A DNA stretch of 61,598 nucleotides, counting the filler, from Sphacelaria rigidula (lineage: Eukaryota), in NCBI GenBank assembly GCA_964200075.2. It is 11 parts of 11 records of this genome, joined end to end, with 100 filler letters (N's around TTAATTAATTAA, not from the genome) between each part and the next. Parts side by side here need not be neighbours in the genome. Positions count along the whole stretch, not along the records: positions 22,439 to 27,947 come from CAXNAA020026750.1; positions 28,048 to 33,556 come from CAXNAA020026751.1; positions 33,657 to 39,165 come from CAXNAA020026752.1; 8 more parts are not named here. One strand, 5' to 3'. A program made the position numbers and the translations under genes. Below, piece after piece: positions 23,540-36,584 of the stretch; positions within the stretch are counted from its first letter, which is position 1, and each line of letters begins with the position of its first letter. Under the pieces are notes generated by a model. The model saw only the letters and a program-made list of their open reading frames with translations. It searched no databases and was not told where the DNA came from.

Positions 23540-26400
23540 CGTTATTTTCCACGGGACCAAAGCAGTCTGGACATGGCGGGGCCAATGGAAAGTCCCGAGA
23601 TCTCCCACCTGAAGCACGGTCTTGCCACGGTCGTCGAGGCAAAGCGCAGCCTCCAGGGCCCGCCTGTGCGGATTTCTCCGTGCATCCGCAAGATGTCAAC
23701 TACGGAGCGGGAGGACACCGGCTGGCGGGAGCGGCCACGCTTCGAACTATTACGAGTGCCCTAACGTTCCATACTCTGCCGGCGCTCCTGCTGTCAACCG
23801 ACGACCGACCCTTGAGGAGGTACAAGTTCCTTGCCACACGGGGAAGAGGCCTTACAGCCATACTCCCGTGGCGGATGGAGCACAAAAATCTGGCGGCGGT
23901 CCACAGGAGCCCACCTATGGACATCCGTGGACGACCGGTACAAGAAGACGGTAGCAGCGGCCTACGGCTACACGGGGGGGATTGGCATCGCGGCCAGGCT
24001 CTCACTGGCGGAAACATCCGCCCTGGCAACTGAAGATACGTTAAGGTAGATCGGAAATTTTTGTCAGGAAGAGACGTCACAAGTAGAGACGGCAGCGGCG
24101 ATCAAGGCGGGTCGGAGGTTAATCGCTCGGAGCAGGGATATCGCTGGTTATGACCCGATACGCTGTCGTCAAATAAAGGAACACGTTGTCCGCGACCGGA
24201 AACGACAGCCTGCGCTTGTCACACCTGGAGGACACCCTTCACATCTGCAAGGGTAAGGAGAAGTCCAGCCCGATCGTTTGCTCCCGCTGGCGTCGTGTGA
24301 CAGAACGACTCGAAACTTGGCCACTAAAATTCTGAAAGGTGAGTCTCCCAAGCAGGCTCGCGACCCTCTGAGAGAAATCCCGTTTGATCTGTGTGGGATT
24401 AACCATGGGGGGCTTCTTCGGAGCCGGTGAGTCAGGAGGTATAGACAAGTATGAGAGGAACCGGACTTGTTGGACCGACAATGCGGGGTAAGGGTTTGAG
24501 GTAGTGGCGAGATTTTGGGCCTGCGAGCGAAGGGGCATCATTATGTTGCGTCCTGGCTCATCGTGTCGGACTCCACTACCTACCGCCTGTAGCTCAGTTC
24601 GGCGGGAAGTGTTCACGAAGGACGGGTCGCACGCCTCCCCAGGTCGATACCTTTTGTGACCAAGTCTGGCAGGTACAGGCGTTACGAAAAGCCGTCAGCG
24701 AACGTCACCCTCACCATCGAGAGTGGGGGGCGGAGGAATATCCTCTCCAAGACCAGACTCCACCAAGATGGCGGTTTTGGGGGCGCTCTTTTCTGCCTGC
24801 CCCACGAGCCGATCCTATGCAACGTTCGGGTCCTTTAAAGGTGCTAGGGGTCGGACTACTATCGTAGATCGATGACTTGCTGATGGCCGCATAGAAGCTG
24901 GTGGAAGGCACACTTTGCCAGTCTGCTGGTATATATACCCCAAACGAGGAAAAAATGCTCATCAAAAAGAAAGTTCAAATTCTGAACACCTGCGCCTTGA
25001 ATCGGATGCAAAACTACTCGCGTAGGCGTGTGCTAGAGCAACCAACGGAAAAATCTAGATGCTGGACAACATCATGGGCTTTGAACAAACGGTAAATGAA
25101 CCCGTATTTCGCGACGTCTGCCGCTCAGAAGCTCCTGGTCCTACCTCCCCAGCGACGTCAGACCGGCCTGCCTTCGGGTTGTGATGGCCTGGATCCAGCA
25201 CTCACGCTGAGCACACGAACATCTGCTACGTGGGGGAGAACGTGCGGCACACTACCGCTCATCATCGCCGACTCGTCCGGGTTGCTTGGAAAGCGGGTGG
25301 TGTTCTCACTGCGAAAAATCCTCCTCAAGTTTGCGGTACATGGAAAAGTCTATGCTGAACAGCGAGTGAGGGTTCTACCGCCGGGACTAGTCACATGGGC
25401 CCACGGGAGGAGGAGCACGCACGGGTTACTACCGGTGACCAGACGCGCCGGACGCAGCGCAAGGTGGGCTATATAAATAATAAGGCCAGCGCAGTGGGTC
25501 TGATTGCACAGCTCAAGGAACTGCCACCAGCCGGGAGGCCACCGAGGTCGAATGATCTATATCCTGTGCCAAGAAAATCCGAAAGGATTCTCCCAGGGGC
25601 TTCCGCGAAAGAGGCCGAACAAAAGCAACGCCGTGGAAGCAGGCTGCGACCCAGTTACCGTGAGACCGCACGATTCGGGCAGGGACTGTCACCTGCCAGC
25701 TCTGCAGGAGCGAGACAAAGACGCGAGTACGGCACACATAGGAGAGGAAAAGAACAGGAAATAAAATACCAAGAAATAATCTAGAAACGCAGGATAACAT
25801 CGATGGGGAACAGAGCCAGGGAGCATCGCTAAAAGTGTAAGCCAGAACGATTGTTCCTTGGCATCAAGATATACCCGGCCAGTAGATGCGCGTGATATAG
25901 TGCGATATATGCTACCACGAGACATGCGCATATCTGCCGTTGAGCGTGGGTGCAAATCGGGCAGCACCAACCGCTGGTTCACCATTTCACTCCTCAAACG
26001 ACTGAGTGTCCACAGCACGGTGGAAGACGGAGCCCAGTTTACGACAAAACGGAACCTCCCCATGGAAATCGTCGTTCGGACAGAGAGCTCCGAGATGTTC
26101 TCGATTCCGCTTACCGCGAGAAGGGGATCCCGATCGACACCACTCACACCGATCCCCACTCAATCGGCCACCTTCGATGCGGGAGGGCTAGAGTCGGCGG
26201 CTTAGCAGCCGCCACTTCCGAGGCGCACCACCCTTGCTGGGGATACTTGTCCTTCGACTAGTGTATATCCGAACTTACGACCTTAGCAGTGGAAAGATTT
26301 CGGTATCTTGCGAAATGCGGAGAGGAGCTGATAGCCACGTGACAGCCAGCGTGGTAGGAGCGAAAGGGCTTTTGCGCATAAGGAATCCGTCGTACCCTAG
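23540..26400 (+). mobile_element. Decayed CRE-like non-LTR retrotransposon (RT plus restriction-like endonuclease)
   Basis: Ordered motifs: SATGNDSLRLSHL (~24190), EKSRLICVG (~24372), QCGV (~24478), LHQDGGFGGALFCLP (~24760), *IDD replacing YIDD (24865-24876), VEDGAQFT..RNLPMEIVV, IDTTHTDP and TLAVERF (26020-26300); many stops and frameshifts. Confidence 0.8.
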
Positions 26401-26454
26401 AGAAAATAGTGACAATAACAATAGCAACAAAAGAAAAGTACAATGGGGTTGTGT

Positions 26455-26930
26455 CAACTCCGGACGAATGAGGGTTTTCGGTCGCAGTTGTGAGAATGGG
26501 TGCCTTCGGCCGCAAACGCGCGGGCCGCTGCGATCATACGGTCGAAGAGCGGACTCGACTGTATGCCGCTCAGGCGGGAGATACTTGCGAAGTAATTTTC
26601 AGAGGCTTTCAGAGCATTTGACGCCAACCTAATGGCCACAAACGTATCCGTCGGCCGAATGTCGAATGGAAGAAGCAACGGAAGAAACCATATACCGTTT
26701 TTCTCTCGATGGCCGTTGATGCACTGGTGCAGGATGTGGCTTTAAACCCACGGCCGACTGACCAGGAGTTCTGGTTTTGTTTCATTGTGAGTGTGCATAC
26801 ACGGTTGGAGCCGTATTGCAGAACATGTGCATGAATGAACGTCAGGCGTCAGGCGCAAATGGTATAGTGGTGGTGCTGCCGGAGAAGAGCAGATGGTTCC
26901 CAAGGTTGCCCGAGGCCGCCAGGAGGAAGA
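26455..26930 (+). mobile_element. DIRS-like retroelement fragment (RNase H end plus methyltransferase-like domain)
   Basis: WVPSAAN (26497), FDANLMA, IPFFSR, VDALVQDV, FWFCF, VGAVLQ, VVVLP and WFPRL in the order seen in DIRS pol C-termini. Confidence 0.65.
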
Positions 26931-29462
26931 CTGGTGGTCGGGGAATCAGGGAGAAAGAGAGCATTTCATATCGGATCGCCACGTTAAAGCATTTCGTATC
27001 GGTAACTGAATAGTATCATGTGTGTTCATAAAAACATGTTTGTGCTCAGTCGCTGATGCAGTTGTCTGTTCCGAGTTCGTTTTCAGTAGTTACTTGCAGT
27101 GGTGGACACGTGTGTGGTTGTGCTGTGACCGCTGCAGCCAGCTTTCTGCGAGTGGCCCGGGAGGCGGGAGTCTTGTATGACCCGGACGCTGCCGCGACCC
27201 GGCCGTGCGAGATCGGGTGCCGCGTGTGTTGTGGTAGCCTGACTGAAGCACAACGATGGCACACATGATTTTCCCTCCTCCCCTCCTTCGCTTTCCTTCC
27301 TTTCCCTCTTTTCGGTTTCCTCTGCTTGGACCACTTGACACGGCTGTTTCTTTAGCACGGATAAACGGACGTTCCCGGAAATGTCGGGTGAGAAACTTCC
27401 GCCGGGAACACACCTTTTCTATACGCAAACATGACTACTGCGCGTATTCATGCTCGGGCCTGCTCCAAACACAAACAGCGCAGAGCCAGTGATTACACTC
27501 TTGCGGCAACATCGCCCCCCCTCTACAAGCCACAAAGTGCTTCGTGTTCCGTCTGGGTGATGCCCAATCACCACCACCCTTTCCATATGCTTCTTGGTGG
27601 AGTGTCCTGGCCACGGTCGGCGCAAGAGACGTCTGCGTACTCTTCGAGGGAAAATATCCGTGATAAATCGGAACTTCAGCTCAACGCGCACATTTTCCGG
27701 GCGATTTCTTCGGCGGCTTCAGCTTAAGTTCAATTCTTTCGTCACTTTTCGTCTGCGATTGTTCTATTTGTAAATTCATCGAGCCGTGCTCACGTATTTG
27801 TCGTATACAACGGTTGAAGAACTTTCCTGGAATTTCCCGGAATCGTATCATTCAAGCAATGCTAGCTTTAACCTCAACCCCAACCCCTTCACGGTATACC
27901 GAAAAGGTTTTTCATATTCTCCCCCTCCCAGGTTTTCATCGTTGGCTNNNNNNNNNNNNNNNNNNNNNNNNNNNNNNNNNNNNNNNNNNNNTTAATTAAT
28001 TAANNNNNNNNNNNNNNNNNNNNNNNNNNNNNNNNNNNNNNNNNNNNTTAAACAACCAAGGCAAAAAAAAAAAGAGCCCCCCCCCCCCCCCCCAATGGTC
28101 TATGACTATGGCATGCAAGATCATGAGTACACCTTTCCGCCCCCCCCCCCAAAAAATAGCCTCAAAAATTCACAATTAGTATTCCAATGGGCGATGACTA
28201 TTTCGAACGACCTCTGAACTCGGGTATGTCCTGACCCATATTCTTGGATAGCTCCTCACTTCAGGAGCCCCTCAATGGAACAAAAAACTGGGCATTAACG
28301 TGCAACCCCTACCGTAGGATGACTCACATTTCATGACAGAAATCAGGGTCTTCGGCAGTGGTCACCGACCAACCATTTTCACCATGCAAGCAGTGTTTTC
28401 GTACTGTAACAAGGTGGCAACTCATGGGAAACTCTGTTTGGAATTGTGCATAGTGAGTAGACTTTTTTCCCGGTTCTCCGTGTGTATCACTAGTACCACA
28501 CCAGTTGTTCCCAGTTTTACGTTTTGTATCGAGCCTCGACGACGCAGCAATTAAAATCATACGCTCGATGATTAGAGCCACGCTGTGACTACCATGATAC
28601 GCCTCCTTTTCCCCTCGAGACTGTCATCATGTGGATCCCACATATTCACCACACCCTGGACAACATAACACATTGTCAAAAAGTGTACTGTGTACAGTAT
28701 GGAAAATTTCGTCTATTGCAATAGGCGCAGTAGGCGATAATGTACGCAGTAAAAGAAATGACAACGTAATCTATTGTCATTATCCAGGGTGTGATGTTAA
28801 CACAAATCGCACACCTCCCCGCCGTGCCCGCGACACAGAAAGGGGGAACACGGACTTTTTCACCGGGCGTGGTTCAGTCGTGAGGTCACTTCAGCCGTGT
28901 CTTGGAAAAACTAACCTTCGATCGAAACGGGGCGACGGAAAAAAAAAAAAAATCCGATCTGATCTGAAATGTCGTCATTCATGTCCACGTCATTTATGTT
29001 GAAACGACGACCTATCAGATCGTTTGTTTGTTTTTTTCCGCCGCACTTTTTTTTATCGAAAACGGATGTGCTGATACACGCCCTTACAGAGTGACACATA
29101 AGCCGTCCAGTTCCGAGAAGAGTCCGGAAAACTACGGAGGGGGAGGGGGGAGGGGGGAGGGGGGAGGGGAATATGTATATATTTTAATACAAGAGTAATT
29201 GTAAAACATTGCCAACCACAGTTTCAAATCACAACATGCTGGTTTTGTTTTGGTTTCGCTAGAAAAGCAAAACTTCCATCACCAATAACCTGAACAAAAC
29301 GAACAAACAAAAAATCATGCTGCTTGCTTGCAAAAAAATATATGCCAAAAATAATAATAACAAAAAAAACGCCCCATACATAAATAGCATTCGGTATGAT
29401 TTTCAAACCCCTGCCAGTTGAAACAGGAGCGACTATAAATGTGTCAAATAGACTACTCGCAC

Positions 29463-29528
29463 CTTGTTCACCAAGCAATGGTAGATGGCACCATCGCGCC
29501 CGTTGGCTTTCATGCTTCTGATTCCCAT
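29463..29528 (-). CDS. NSE1: NSE1 (SMC5/6 subunit) exon (MGIRSMKANGRDGAIYHCLVNK)
   Basis: IR......DG..Y..LVN pattern of the Nse1 winged-helix region; ttcag acceptor and GTGCG donor; phase 0-0. Confidence 0.72.
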
Positions 29529-30113
29529 CTGAATTGTGACGTACGTGAGATTGAACACAAAACGATGGACAGTTGGGAGGGGGGAGGGTGTCGATACAGA
29601 AGGGCAGACACGCGGCGAAAACTGACGCCGCTCTCCATCATCATGGAGAAACAAATCACTGAACAAAAGTATACGCTGTTTTCTTCCTCAATTGATCGCA
29701 TCGTTCATTGATTGTTGATTGATTGCCGTACATCAGCTGAGCTGATTCGAATCCAGCCGCGGTTGGCCATTAGATAGACGGGGCGCGTCTCAAGGAAAAT
29801 CAAAGGAAACATCGGGTGGAGGGTAGGCATGAAGAGGGGGGAAATTAAGAACGGAAGCAAAGAAAGAACAACGCAAACTCAAGAGGGAAAAAAAAAAAAA
29901 AAGAGAAAGGAGGAAAGGAAAAGCTTGTCTCCTTCATTTTTCTTGTAGTTTCTTCACCTGAAGAACAGAGAGTTAATACTCGTATAGTGAACAGATTTGA
30001 AACATATATATATATATATATATGGAGTGATGAGTTGCTTAGTAATTGTACATGATAAGATAACGACAAGACAGCAAAGGTCAGGGGCTGGCCAGTGTAG
30101 GAGTGCAAGCTAA

Positions 30114-30274
30114 CCCTTTTGGGAACGGAGCCCTACTAACCAGGGGTGATGACCTGGTCTGCACGCAGGGTCCATTTGTGAATCGGCATCATTCACACAG
30201 TCGTTTTCGAGTAAAAATGATGGCATTTCACTACGAACACTCACCCCTAGTAAGTCCACTCCCGTCCCAAAGAG
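30114..30274. mobile_element. ~160-bp piggyBac-type MITE
   Basis: ccctttt gggaacggag...ctcccgtcccaaagag TIRs with TTAA-like flanks (ctaa / ttga); related sequence at 35930-36105. Confidence 0.5.
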
Positions 30275-30419
30275 TTGACTGCGGAGGATCTCCTTATGGT
30301 ATTCCCGGCTAGTCACATCTTGAGATTGTTTCACAGATGCTCCCCGTATGACCCGTACCAGTATGGCCCGTATAATTCCCGTACTGGCCCGTATCCGTAC
30401 GCCCCCCGTTATTGCTTCT

Positions 30420-30860
30420 ATCATACTGGCGGATACTGGTGATATTGCGTATTTTGCAGCCTGATACTGGCGAATACTGGTAATACTGCGTATTTCGCCG
30501 CCTCATACTGGCGGATACTGGCGATACTGGGTATTTCGCCACCTCATACTGGCAGATACTGGGGATACTGGGTATTTCGCCACCTCATACTGGCAGATAC
30601 TGGCGATACTGGGTATTTCGCGGCCTCGTACTGGCGGCTACTGGCGATACTGGGTATTTTTGCCGTCTCGTACGGGTGGATACTGGCGGTACTGGGTATT
30701 TCAGTGTATCATACTGGTGCATACTTGCGATACTGCGTATTACGGAGGATGACACTGGCGGATACTGGTGATACTGGGTATTGTCGCCGCCTGGTACTGG
30801 CAGATCATGGCGATATTGCGTATTTCATTGCCTCATACTGATTCATACTGGTGGATACTA
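30420..30860 (+). repeat. 41-bp minisatellite array 1 (~11 units)
   Basis: Consensus ctcATACTGGcggATACTGGcgATACTGGgtatttcgccac; units start at 30461, 30502, 30543, 30584, 30625 and 30666. Confidence 0.95.
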
Positions 30861-31655
30861 GGTTCAGTACCCCGCGCCCAAAGTGGGGCAATTGGCGATG
30901 TCTCACGATACTGGCGATTTTCTCAGGTTCCTTCGCTTGCCATTGCTGATCACATTGGGGACCTGGAGATACTAGAACCCGCTCCACATTCCAAAACAAT
31001 ACCGAATGTGCTCAATATTGAGTGACTTGCGGGCTGACCGGTCATCGAAGGTCCTGATATGTTTCAGCCCAAATTCCGACTCTTCGGCATCTTCGGTCGA
31101 TCGAGCGTATCCCGATCGTATTTGGAAGAAATTATGAGTTTTCTCTTCAATTTTACCTAGTTATTGCACCAGAGCAAAATACCTGCGTTTCGCAGTCAAT
31201 AACGCCCTCCTGATTAACGAGGTATCTACTCGTATCGCCCGATAACATCGACGAACACTGACTAACAACCTCGTACTGGTGGATACCGGCATGCACTCCA
31301 CCCAACACGTTACCGTGTTGATAGAGTAAACCAAAGAAGGTAAATATTCAAGCACGTGCAGACCTCGAGCACTTGGTATCCAGGAACACCAATTCACCTA
31401 CGAACAAGTGGTAGTACAGGTGTATCGTTTTCCATCACACGAAAGCAACACATAACGCAGCAGAAAATACCAGCAAGCACGCAGCGGCAGGAAAACCATG
31501 GGGCTGGTGTATGTGGGGGTTGACCAGTGGGGTCTTCTTCGTATGTGTGTATGTGGGGTAGAGTGTCTCTCGCTGTACCTCGATACAGGTACTGGAAAAT
31601 ATCACATCTCCTCTCGGATTCATGTCACCGAGTATTTTGCCGAAAAATAACGGCG

Positions 31656-32035
31656 GGCACTGGCGATACTGGGTATTTCGCCACCTCATACTGGCGGATA
31701 CTGGCGATACTGGGTATTTCGCCACCTCATACTAGCGGATACTGGCGATACTGGGTATTTCGCCACCTCATACTGGCGGATACTGGCGATACTGGGTATT
31801 TCGCCACCTCATACTGGCGGATACTGGAGATACTGGATATTTCGCCACCTCATACTAGCGGATACTGGGGACACTGGATATTTCGCCACCTCATACTGGC
31901 GGATACTGGGGATACTGGGTATTTCGTCGCCTCATACTGGCGGATACTGGTAATACTGCGTATTTCGCCGCCTCATACTGGCGGATACTGGGGATACTGG
32001 GTATTTTGCCGTCTCGTACGGGTGGATACTGGCCG
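31656..32035 (+). repeat. 41-bp minisatellite array 2 (~9 units)
   Basis: Units start at 31685, 31726, 31767, 31808, 31849, 31890, 31931, 31972 and 32013. Confidence 0.95.
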
Positions 32036-32387
32036 TGCCCAGTATACGGGTACGGGTGATACTGTACTGGATACTGGCCCCGTACGGGATACGGGAAATA
32101 CCTTTGGACGTTTTGCTATAATAGTCACATGAATCATCTGCCAGCGGTCTGGCTATATGAAATAAAAAAGCGACATATTTGTCATTGGACCAGTATTGAC
32201 TGAATCTAATCGTTCGGTTCTTCGTTGACACACTTGGAGGCATATTGATAATTGAAGTTTCTTCTAACTTTGTTTTGCTGAGTGCACAGAAGCACTCATC
32301 TACAGAAGCACAATTATAATAGTCACTATTTGCAAAACTTTCCCATTTCATGAAATGAAACGAGCACACGCACAAACACGTTCGTAC

Positions 32388-32516
32388 ATCCAAACAGTCC
32401 AGCATCTTGTCCACTCTCGCGATTGCCTCATTGAGGTTGAGGCCCGCGTCTCCGAACTGTTCATACGCCTTTTGGAGCGCCCCAGTTGCCTCCTCCTCCG
32501 ACATAACCTTCCGCGA
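32388..32516 (-). CDS. NSE1: NSE1 exon (SRKVMSEEEATGALQKAYEQFGDAGLNLNEAIARVDKMLDCLD)
   Basis: SR.V.SEEEA....I..(V/I)...L..LD pattern; cacag acceptor and GTACG donor; joins 29463-29528 in phase across a 2859-bp intron; first and later exons not found. Confidence 0.72.
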
Positions 32517-34134
32517 CTGTGGTCGTTATCAACGACCAAAAATTAGGTGACGGTTGGGAAATACATGTAAGTAAAAACGAAGACACATAACAGAGCAAGA
32601 AGAACGGGGAAAAGCAAAAAACAGATATAGATGGGGAGAAGAAAGTAAAAGTGCAAAAAAAAACACACACACACGTGGCATGATTGATCATGTACAATTG
32701 TCGACCGTTTGACGGTGCAAGCTATTCACTTATTGAGGCATCTTCACTGCAAGAGCACTCGCATATGAAACGCAACTCACAGATAAAAACTGTAGTGAGA
32801 GGACATGGAACACGAAGGGATATCTTCGCCGTCAAATTCCAACACGTCAACGGAGCCCACGTCGGCACTTGGTGCCGGACGGGCGACGTCCATCACCGTT
32901 ACGTGAAATACCGTTACCGAGAAATACTGTTGCGTGATGAGTTTTCGGTTACTTTCGGCGCAATATCGGCATCTACAGTACTGTGTTCGGGCACGTGGTA
33001 CAACACCGCTCCTTGAATGGATGCCACCGCTGGGTGATGACTTTTTTCAGGTCCCAACAACTTCATCACTCTGGGGTCGTACACACAGCACTCTACGGTA
33101 CTACCGTGAGAGCATGTATGGCTTTGAATACTACGAGAAACATTTACATGGTGCGCCCTTTTATTTGCATAAAAAATATTCAAATAAGGTACTCGTGTAG
33201 CGTGGATACTCTGCAACAGGAGGGGGGGTAGATTGGTGCCACGGTATAGGGGTGCACAAATACTTTCTGAGGTTCGAATCGTTGGGAGACCTCTATCTCA
33301 TCCAAAAACACGACGTATGAAACATGTGAGAAACACGGAGATGTGTTCACCACTTTCCCCATGAAGAAATTTCTCGGAAACGTCTTTTTTTAAATAACGC
33401 TAACCTTGACCCTAATAAGGGCCTGTCTTTACGAAGGGGATAATCCCCTTTTTCACAATCCCCTTTTGACGGAGGATTGGCCCCATAACGACCAGCCCCG
33501 GGTCCTATCGACAAGCAGTTTTGTACAGGTTGGAACCCAGATCTGCATGCATACTCNNNNNNNNNNNNNNNNNNNNNNNNNNNNNNNNNNNNNNNNNNNN
33601 TTAATTAATTAANNNNNNNNNNNNNNNNNNNNNNNNNNNNNNNNNNNNNNNNNNNNATACAGACTTGTGGGACAGAGGAAGTATATATATATATATATAT
33701 GTCTAGAAGTTGCGGGTGAGCATTTGTACTGAAATCAAGGGAGAAATAAGAATGAGAAATCGGGAAGTGCATGGGAGTCGGTAGGGAAGAATCTGCAAGA
33801 AGAATGCACTGCACCTCAAAATAATGAGAAACTGCCTCCACAACCACCACGGCTATTATATCAGCCCCCCAAGCAATCTGCCTCCTGGCAAACACTTCTT
33901 GCGAACAACAGTGAACATTGGTCTCTACTGGGACACCCCATATAGATAATGATCATCGCTGTACAAAACCCGTACAGTACTGTACAGGTACGCGGGAGGA
34001 GGAACAAGTGTCCGTAAGCAGCATCATAATTGGTGGCCTAACCTACATCAACATGCGGCTTTTTTTGGATGCTCGTTCTTTTTCTCGCTTCTTTTTTTCG
34101 GTCTCCATGAGACACGGCCTTCCTACGTAATGGG

Positions 34135-34320
34135 CGGCGAGAGTAGGTCATCTGTTGAGCAGGCATCAGTATCACTTGGAAAAATTATGCATGGTCCAGA
34201 TGGACTACCCTAGCGGTCTAGTCAGGGCTATCCCCCTGTCGGCGAGGGCAGTCCATCTGGATTATGTTTACATTTTCAAGTGAAATTGAAGCCGACTCAA
34301 CAGACGATCTATACTCGCCA
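34135..34320. mobile_element. Inverted dimer of the ~100-bp piggyBac-type MITE; further copies at 35172-35327 and 45987-46081
   Basis: caagtgaaattga(t/a)gccga(t/c)tcaacaga core present in both orientations. Confidence 0.6.
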
Positions 34321-35574
34321 TGAAACAGTGTGTCAAGAAAACAGTACAGTACCAGGGAGAACCCCTGCACAGAGGCAGCTGCCAGCGTGCGCCAGTGACA
34401 AACTATAAGCGCCATGTACCCACGAAAACTGAAGACTGAAAATCGAGAAGATGACCACTGACACTGCGTGCACTTGTTGACTGCGGGCTCAAGGCCGGTC
34501 AGGACTTCTCCGGCACTATTTCCTTCATACACCGTTTCATGACGAAAGAAATTCTGAACCCCAAGTATGGCTTGGTCTATCATCTGCGAACATCTGCTAT
34601 TAGTGGTCGCGGTGCAAGGCTTCACTCATTTCTTCTCTATGATCTGAGACCTATATACTATACCCGGAACCAAACACTGGTTGACTCGACTCAGCAATCA
34701 TTCCGCCAAGATTTGGGCGAAAACACGACGACGCGAAAATAACAACAGTAGTACTCGAACACCACTTCCTGTAGAGCTCCGATTGCCAATGTATTCAAGG
34801 CGACACAAGCCTCTCTCTCGTTTTCGTTGTCCTGTGTTTGTCACACGATAGGTCAAACAGCTCTGAGCCGAAAACATGACGGAACGGATGAACTCGCACC
34901 TTGTAGATGGTGAATAATAGCTCTATATTTCTCGTTCGATGCTCACTGGTGCAGTGCAGCAGTGGAGAGCCGCTCTAAGATGAATGAGCAACGGTGCGTG
35001 CGGGGGCTTCTCGGGTTGTCGAAACGCATAGACTACTTTGTATAGCATAGATATACTTCTCTCGGGATATTTCTAGGTCGTGTCATTTTCGGATACTCTG
35101 CAGGGAAGCTTCCGGGAGAATTTTTGTGTGGTAATCCGTGTCTTTGTGGGGTAAAAGGGGTCCCAAAAGGGTTGACGATGCGGGTAGTCCATCTGGATCC
35201 GTGACACTCTTTCCAAGTGAAATTGATGCCGATTCAGTAGGTGACCTACCCTCGCGGTCAAAAGGGTAAAAGGGTCAAAGCATTACTGCATCAACAGATG
35301 ACTTATCCTCGCGGTCAAAGGGGTCAACCGCGGTGCGCCGTCTGGGTTTTGCACTGTATATGTATACTCATTTCTTACGCAGAATGATGCCGCCGCAAGA
35401 GGTAGCCTGTAGCCTGATCGAGATAATAACAAGGCCCTCGTGCGGCCTGCGCTACTGTTGTACTACCTGTAATCCATACGAACGGTTTTGCCTCGATCTT
35501 CCACAAAGCGGCTATTGAATCCATCTTGATGAGCTTTCGTCGAAAATCGATGGTTGATTTTCTTCGAATCATAA

Positions 35575-35780
35575 ACTAACCCTAGTATCGAGAACCCTAA
35601 CCCGCACCCACAGCGTACGAGATCCCTAGGGAAAGGGTGTGAAAAGATTGCTGGCGTGTTGCCAGAGTTCAAATCGCCCCGGCAGGCGCCGATTTGGACA
35701 AGAGTACGTTCTTGGCAACCGAGGAGCACACAGCCCCTCTCAAGATCCGAATATAGTATAAATTTTCAATCAAGTTGTCA
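35575..35780 (+). repeat. CCCTAA-family dispersed repeat copy
   Basis: aaccctaaccc...gaggagcacacagcccctctcaagatccgaat. Confidence 0.55.
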
Positions 35781-36584
35781 CTCTGTCAACCATAGATTTT
35801 CGATCATAGCTACCGGTGAATCGGAGGGTCCGTCGAAAGTCAGAATATCCTGCTTTTCTCAGGCACAATAATCGTTATACAATCAAAATTGTGTATTAGC
35901 AGCAGGTGTCCATTTGTCTTGTGGTGAAGTCAAGATGGTACTGAACGGGCCTTTCTGTGAATCGGCATCATTTTGATTTTTAAACAATACAACGCTAACA
36001 CACGATTGTGGGAGGCATGTGCCACAGACGTATCTTGTGGGGAGCCCGGTCCTGCTCAAAAGGGTTGACCCTCTCACCACCGGACCCCCACTAACCAGGG
36101 GCAAGGACAACAGAGGTCACCAAATGGTCCGAAGCAGTGGTCGTAACTTGATAACAGTCTAAAAACAGATATTCGGAACTTTAGAGGGGCTGACAGTCTT
36201 AATGGGATTCGAATCTACATTCTTCGATAGGTTTCACCTGAACCAGTGGGGGTAGAATGGGGTTAGGGGGTAGACCACTGTTTTGCTGTTTTGAGTTTTA
36301 TTTTTGCTTTTTTGCATGTTGTACGTTGGGCGTTTGTACTATCGATACATGTCAATCACGCTGGCTAAAACCTAAGTGCATCGCGGAACAATACAGGTAA
36401 AACATACGAACGGCAATCACCGGATGGCGTTCTTCTCTGCAACACGACTGCTATCAATTGCAAGCACATGATTACGTGCTCCCATGCCTCCAGCCAACAT
36501 AGCTCATGTCTTCGTTGCCTAAGTTGCGTTTTTGACGACAGCTATGTCCAAGTCCAGTCCGGTGCAGATATAATGTTTGGCCTC

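Noticed and set aside
27440..27660. Copia RNase H relic on the minus strand (LEEYADVSCAD...GITQTEHEAL)
   Set aside because: Only faint resemblance to YADAD / LSTTEAEY; too degenerate to call without a profile search
30420..32035. CRISPR-like array
   Set aside because: The 41-bp units are contiguous with no unique spacers, there are no cas genes, and the context is a eukaryotic intron; it is a minisatellite
31527..32132. 201-aa ORF with repeated DTGDTGYF/YWRIL motifs
   Set aside because: By-product of a stop-poor 41-nt unit read through all three frames; antisense and intronic to NSE1
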